Part shown: positions 58,092 to 64,000 of the stretch, one piece after another
How positions within the stretch are numbered: position 1 is the stretch's first letter
How the letters are laid out: each line of letters starts with the position of its first letter
Assembly: GCF_001194135.2 (NCBI RefSeq)
Contig: NC_069006.1
Location: 2,298,720 to 2,362,719, forward strand
Direction of reading: 5' to 3'
Source: Octopus bimaculoides
Taxonomy: Eukaryota
Length of the DNA stretch: 64,000 nucleotides
Notes under the pieces: model-generated
What the model was told of the DNA's origin: nothing
Seen by the model: only the letters and a program-made list of their open reading frames with translations
Database searches by the model: none
Program-made: the position numbers and the translations under genes

Positions 58092-61000
58092 TTTGTTACT
58101 TCTTGCCACACAGCCACACTTGTGCCTATATATTTAGCAAATTGTTCTCTTTTCCTTTTTGTTTGAATTTCATAAATTATATTTACTTTCAGTCAGTGAG
58201 ATCATCACCAAGAAAATTTGAATAATATTTTTACATAATGAATCATTTTTAGATAATATATTCAATAATTTCTCATTATATTTTTCAATTTAATAAAGAA
58301 ATGCAAGAATAAAAGAATTTTGTTTTTATTTATTTCTAACATTTATAATAATAATAATAATGATGATGATGATGATGATAAATGCCCAGATGCAGTACCA
58401 GGCAGTGATTCTCATGGCTTCTGATCTTAACTGATTGGAAGTGTTATCATGTACATTGTTTTGTCCTGGTATAAAAGATGGGCTACAGCAAATATTCTGC
58501 TCAATAACACAGATTTGCTTGTCAGTTGTTTGACCTTATCCAGTTGAGCATGTCCCTTGGTGGTTGACAATATGTGCATCTCTGATAACGAGCAGAAGTA
58601 GTGGGGGAGCATCATAGCTATGTGTTGAGAGGAATTCTTTGGGGGTTTGAATAATTCACCTTTGGAAACATGGTGTTTTCCTAAACATCCTTAAACAAAG
58701 CTTATTCAGGGACCCTTTGAACGGGATGGGCTACTCGACATGAAGAAAATTCTAACTGAGCCCCACCTGCGAAGTCATGCACTGTTTATCTTGATTTGAG
58801 ATCACCATGTCGCGCACATATGGTTGTGATGCATGTGCCTGGTGTACCCTTATCAGACGGGTAGTCATGATGGCTATAATGGGCTTCGTATATTTTACCC
58901 CAGTGCCACTTTGATGGCATGCATTGCTCTCTCACTCAATAAGGTTAGCTTGATCAGGTCTCACCTGGGACTAAGCAGCAACAATAAAATGTAATCTCAC
59001 ATTAGATAATGTACTCCTTGATACACAGTATCTAATAAAACGAAAATAAAAAGAATTGATGATGGCACATTCAGGTTCCCTGATTGGCCCCAGTTAACTG
59101 TCCCTTACGAGGATTCTCCTTTTATTTGCATTCATTTTACTGTTGTTTTCCATTTTGTGTTAAATTCTTGTTTCTCTAACTCAGTGTTAAACCTTTTCCT
59201 TTTGTGACCCTCCCCTTTAACTCGTTGTTATGCTTTAGCACCCATCGAAGTGGCGAGTGAGGTATCACGACTAAACTAATTTAACATGGATGAGGATTTA
59301 TAAATTTTACTCTTAAAATGGATTGTACAATATTTTCACAGTGAAATGGTAAAAAAAATGAATAAAGACAAAAGTTGTAGATTTACTTTATTCATTGCAG
59401 GTTAATGACTTCCCCGAGACAGGTGAGATCTCACTTTATTTTAATAACCTTTTCTAGATTTATCATGTATACCATAATTTCTACTACTGGTAATATTTGG
59501 CATGTCAGTTATGTTACCTCGAAGCCCCCTCACCACCCCTTGAAACCAAACGAGTTTTTTCTATATACTCAGCGACCCCTTGCGGGCTGTTCTGCCTACG
59601 TTATGAACCCTTGATCAACTCAGAGCTCTCTGCTGAAAGTTACTTCCCTGGACTTCAACGAGAGTGATCTCCCTTGTCTAAGCTGTTTTGTGACTGTCTC
59701 TTTTAAAATGTAATAATGTTCTCTTCGATTTTTCGCGTGTCTGGACGATTCGGAGGATTTCTGTTGGTTTTCAATCTGCGCCAGTTATTTGTAAGTACTG
59801 TATTATACAAAGCATCCACTTCATATTTCTTATCGCACCTGGAGTGTTCGTGAGAGGACGTTTTTCTAACACTTTTACAACCTCACCTTTTGCTACAATT
59901 GAATATATCCCCCGATAACTTCGTCTTTAATGTAAATACAAGTAATATCAGAGTAAGATAGTTACGTGTACTAGCTTAACACAAACGATTACTTACCTCA
60001 GCACCACCCGGCTAAAGTCGGATGCTGTAAAAATAGCAGGTATGTATTTGGTTTTGTTTATTAAGTTATTCATTTTGTTGTTATTATTGACGTTGTTTCT
60101 GTGATTGCTCTTAAGAAGCAGTTTAGAATATTTCATTTGTATTTTAAGGAAATATTTAAATAGACAAAGATGAAAAGAAACTGTACAGATATATTTATCG
60201 CCTTTTGTCCAAATTATCCATAACAAAATTTCATTACTTTCCAAGGGTCGATATCACCTTATTTGAGAAGCTCTGGTTTAGAGCTTTCTGTCTGTGAGGA
60301 TGACAATTTCCAGAGAATTTTTGATCACATGTTTCTTCATTGTTTAACGGGTAGATCTCTCTTCCCGCACAGTGCTCAACAAACGAGTAAACCATACGGA
60401 ACCGTGGTTTATTTATTCAGTAAATTTACCGAAGGAGGTTTTTGTGAAGAATAGATAAATGGAATTGGAGAGAGTAGCACTGCCTTCAAGGAAGGACATT
60501 TTCTGAAAAGCGGATGAAAATGGCAAATATATTCGGAAAGGACCTGCTCTGAGCATGTGCTGTAGATTGTAGAAGGACAAGTGTGACAGTGCAATTGACT
60601 TACAGTTAAAATAAATGTGGTTTTGTGGGGTTTGTTGTCAAGATGTTTCATATTTCAGCTGAAATGGGAGAAACTATTTGAAGAGCTTTGCTGCAAGGAG
60701 TGCATTAATAATGAATTTATTATAATAAATTAGAAATAACAACGAATACAAAGAACTCAATACTGAAGTATAGTTATAAGATATTTATTGAAGTTGAAAC
60801 GTTGAAAATTACAATTTACTGCAGAGTTAAGTATCGAATTACACGATTTAAGTAAAGCAGAAGAAACGAAATATGGGCGAAGAGGAAGAGAGAAGAGTGA
60901 GTCTGGACGTAATGAATAGAGGTGGCGAGGTATCAGCCAATGGTTGTAGAAGTAGAAAAAGAAGAGAGAGAGAGAGAAAGGAGAAAGCATGTTTCTGTGT

Positions 61001-62000
61001 CAGAGAGAAAGCGACTTCATCTCAATGACGCCAAGAGCTGGTCTTGGACGTTAGAATGTGCATCATGAACATTGTCCGAGATGTCGAAGCAGTATTTCCC
61101 AGTGGCTCTTAAGCAAGACGTTTGGTGTGGATTAGCAGTTGTTGGGTTCGAGCATTTTCTGAGCCTGAAGTAATTGATGCTGACAGGTGGTGATTGAAGA
61201 AGGTTTCTGTGTCAGCGTCATCATTATAGGATGAGTGGAGGAGAAAGAGGAGGAGGAAAAAAAGACGGAGGAGTAGAAGTAGAAGTCGAAGAAAAAGAAA
61301 AAGAAAAAGAAAGAAAGATTACATATGTATTCTCAGTTATATCAATATGGTCTAGACTTCAGAGAGAGAGAGAGAGAGAGAAAGAAAGAAGGAGTTAGAG
61401 AGGCAGATAGAAAGACAGCTGTATTAATCATATTTATTAGTTTTCTTCCGTTTCCAATTCTGAGTAATCTGAAACAGAAAAGAGTAATATGAACATGAGA
61501 GAGGGAGAAATGGTGAGGTAAGANNNNNNNNNNNNNNNNNNNNNNNNNNNNNNNNNNNNNNNNNNNNNNNNNNNNNNNNNNNNNNNNNNNNNNNNNNNNN
61601 NNNNNNNNNNNNNNNNNNNNNNNNNNNNNNNNNNNNNNNNNNNNNNNNNNNNNNNNNNNNNNNNNNNNNNNNNNNNNNNNNNNNNNNNNNNNNNNNNNNN
61701 NNNNNNNNNNNNNNNNNNNNNNNNNNNNNNNNNNNNNNNNNNNNNNNNNNNNNNNNNNNNNNNNNNNNNNNNNNNNNNNNNNNNNNNNNNNNNNNNNNNN
61801 NNNNNNNNNNNNNNNNNNNNNNNNNNNNNNNNNNNNNNNNNNNNNNNNNNNNNNNNNNNNNNNNNNNNNNNNNNNNNNNNNNNNNNNNNNNNNNNNNNNN
61901 NNNNNNNNNNNNNNNNNNNNNAGAGAGAGAGAGAGAGAGAGAGAGACAAAGAGATAGAGACAGATAAATAGAGAGAAAAATAGACAGACAGAGAGAATCG

Positions 62001-62049
<49 letters not shown>

Positions 62050-62446
62050 GTATAAGATATAGATTTAAAGGCGGTTCAAATGATTTAATAGAGAATGTTT
62101 GAAGTAGAAAGTCCGTTTAATGAGGGTCGTTTGTAAGAGAGATAGAGACACGCCTTTAAATGATAAAGAGTTTTAACAGAGACAGAGTTTTAAGAAAGAT
62201 GTAAGTTTAAGTTAATTGCGACAATATTTGAAGTGACAATGGACAGAGACACAACAAAATATTAACAAATATTAAAATATAAACAAATATTAAAGATATA
62301 AACAAACCACAACATCTGTGACTGCCCTGTCTATGCATGTGATAAATCATTTATCCCATAAAGACAGTATAATATATCTGAACATTAACTCACATCTGTC
62401 ATTTCCCTGTATTTATGCAATTACATGTGATAAATTGTTTAACATA

Positions 62447-63298
62447 TACGAAGTGCGTTCTTCAAGATTTGAGACATTCTAGAGAGAGGCGGGTTTAACT
62501 GCCTTATATTATTGTAACTGTAGTATATCATTATTATATTTCTAAAAAGCTGACCTGCCAACTTTTTGTTCCAAACTTAAAGAGACGGCTGTAGCAACAT
62601 TTTGAAAACACCGTGATATACATTGCTTGTCACAGCTGACTGATTTGCAGAATGCAATCGGGACGACAAATTGGAAAACTGCTGTGCAATAAAGATTTGC
62701 GTTACAGTAGGCAAAAAACTCCACAGGCACTTATGAAATGTTCCGGGCTGATTATGGATTAACTTGAGTGAGCCGAGAATCTGCTTTGCGGTAAGACAAG
62801 AGATCAGGTACAGCAAATCCACTAGGGCGCTTCTGATGATACCCTTTCTTGACTGTAAAGGCATCACCTACATCCGCTGGATTCCCTTTGCGTAGAGGGT
62901 GACCAAAGAAATTTTTTTAGAGATTTTGAGGGAGTTCAGGAAGATATTTCGTCACAAAAGGCCAGAACACCTGCCGCAGTAGGGTACATCAGTCGATATT
63001 CCATCCATGAAACAAACTACTTGACAGAGATGCGCACCAAAACTAGCCCTCAGTCATCCTAAAATCTCGGCCTTGCTCCCTGCAGCTTTTGCTTGTTCCC
63101 CAAGCTGAAAGTGAAGATGAAACAGGTTGTGTGAAGGGTCCTGGACAACTGCACTTTCGAGGACTTCAATGGGTCCTTCACAAAATGAATGGAGTGTCGT
63201 AAAAAGTGTATTGAAGTCATAGGGGCCTACTATAAAGGAGATTAGAGTTTTGTACTTCTTTGGAAAAAAACTCAAAACGTTTGGAAGGCACCTTGTAA
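62447..63298 (+). mobile_element. Internally deleted, decayed mariner element
   Basis: AIKICVTVGKK/TYEMFRADYG N-terminus, PFLDCKGITY, C-terminal KCIEVIGAYYKGD; right end CGTTTGGAAGGCACCTTGTA; same family as 36890-37675. Confidence 0.75.
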
Positions 63299-63654
63299 AT
63301 TCATTGGAATAGGCATGATTTTGTCAGCCTCTTAGTGAAAAGTTACTTATCGTAAATATGTTAGTATATGTTCATCAGAATACACTTGTTTCCCTAAATA
63401 TTTAAGTGGTAATGAACTGGCGAAGTAATAAATCACTCACCTCATTAGTCATCAATATGGACAACTACGAGACTCGCTTTATTAAAGGTAAATATTTCAT
63501 CGTATTTCTCAAATTTCACCTCTACATCTCCATTATCCGAGATTCCCACAACCGTACCAATCTTTTTTATAAGCTGGATGTAGAAAAAAATTCATTTAAC
63601 ATTAATACATAGATACATACACACACATACATACAGAAACAAACATAGATACAG

Positions 63655-64000
63655 AAACAAAGAATTGAAGGCTGTCAGTGAGAGACTCCGATACCAGAAG
63701 AGAGTAACTGAACGTAGAAGGATAAACAGAAAGTTTAACCAAAACCAGGCAGTGGTGTATAGAGACATGAGAGGGAAGACAGTGAGCATTACAGAACCCC
63801 CTTCGCAAGATGATGTGGACTCCTTCTGGAGAAAGATCTGGGGAGAAGAGAAGGAGTTTAACCGAGATGCTCTATGGCTGCAGAAAATAAAAAAATGATT
63901 ATTGTCCGGGGATTATACCCAAGACATACAAGATTGACGGTGATATTCTTGCAACTGTCCTCCCAAAACTCCATGATGGTAAAGCACCGGGTAGGGACCT
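63655..64000 (+). mobile_element. R4/Dong-like non-LTR retrotransposon fragment upstream of RT, truncated by the window edge
   Basis: RRRINRKFNQNQAVVYRDM...PPSQDDVDSFWRKIW...NRDALWL...KAPGRD. Confidence 0.7.

Noticed and set aside
59401-59422. 22-nt micro-exon-like segment (TTGCAG|...ACAG|GTGAGA)
   Set aside because: It is downstream of the gene B stop with no partner exons or informative peptide; could be chance
60260-60700. Possible piggyBac C-terminal Cys-rich remnant
   Set aside because: The similarity is too degraded to support by eye

Overview
AT-rich, microsatellite- and transposon-dense animal genomic DNA with many N gaps. The tRNA-derived SINE types and repeat landscape resemble Octopus/cephalopod genomes (inference, not searched). 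Almost all entries in the supplied ORF track are artefacts of N runs, microsatellites or decayed transposons. Reading splice signals by hand reveals two paralogous multi-exon genes arranged head-to-head. Gene B (+ strand, 26583-57459) has 14 coding exons joining into one uninterrupted 583-aa frame. It encodes a signal peptide, four ~100-110-aa two-exon repeat domains with a PLAT/LH2-like beta-sandwich pattern, three tandem 42-nt N-glycosylated stalk micro-exons, one transmembrane helix and a Tyr-containing cytoplasmic tail. Gene A (- strand, 8222-830) shows exons 1-4 and runs off the left edge. Both genes lie on the arms of a large decayed inverted duplication (~530-13320 vs ~19215-36050) with a transposon-filled spacer. 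Exon 4 is far more diverged between the copies (66/206 nt, 29/69 aa identical) than its flanking intron (8/114 nt), a signature of diversifying selection. The best candidate new system is a rapidly diversifying, probably lineage-specific family of surface receptors. The rest is decayed Helitron, hAT, mariner, RTE, L1/Tx1, R4/Dong-like, Penelope and Gypsy fragments plus SINEs. All counts were made by hand; no database searches were run.
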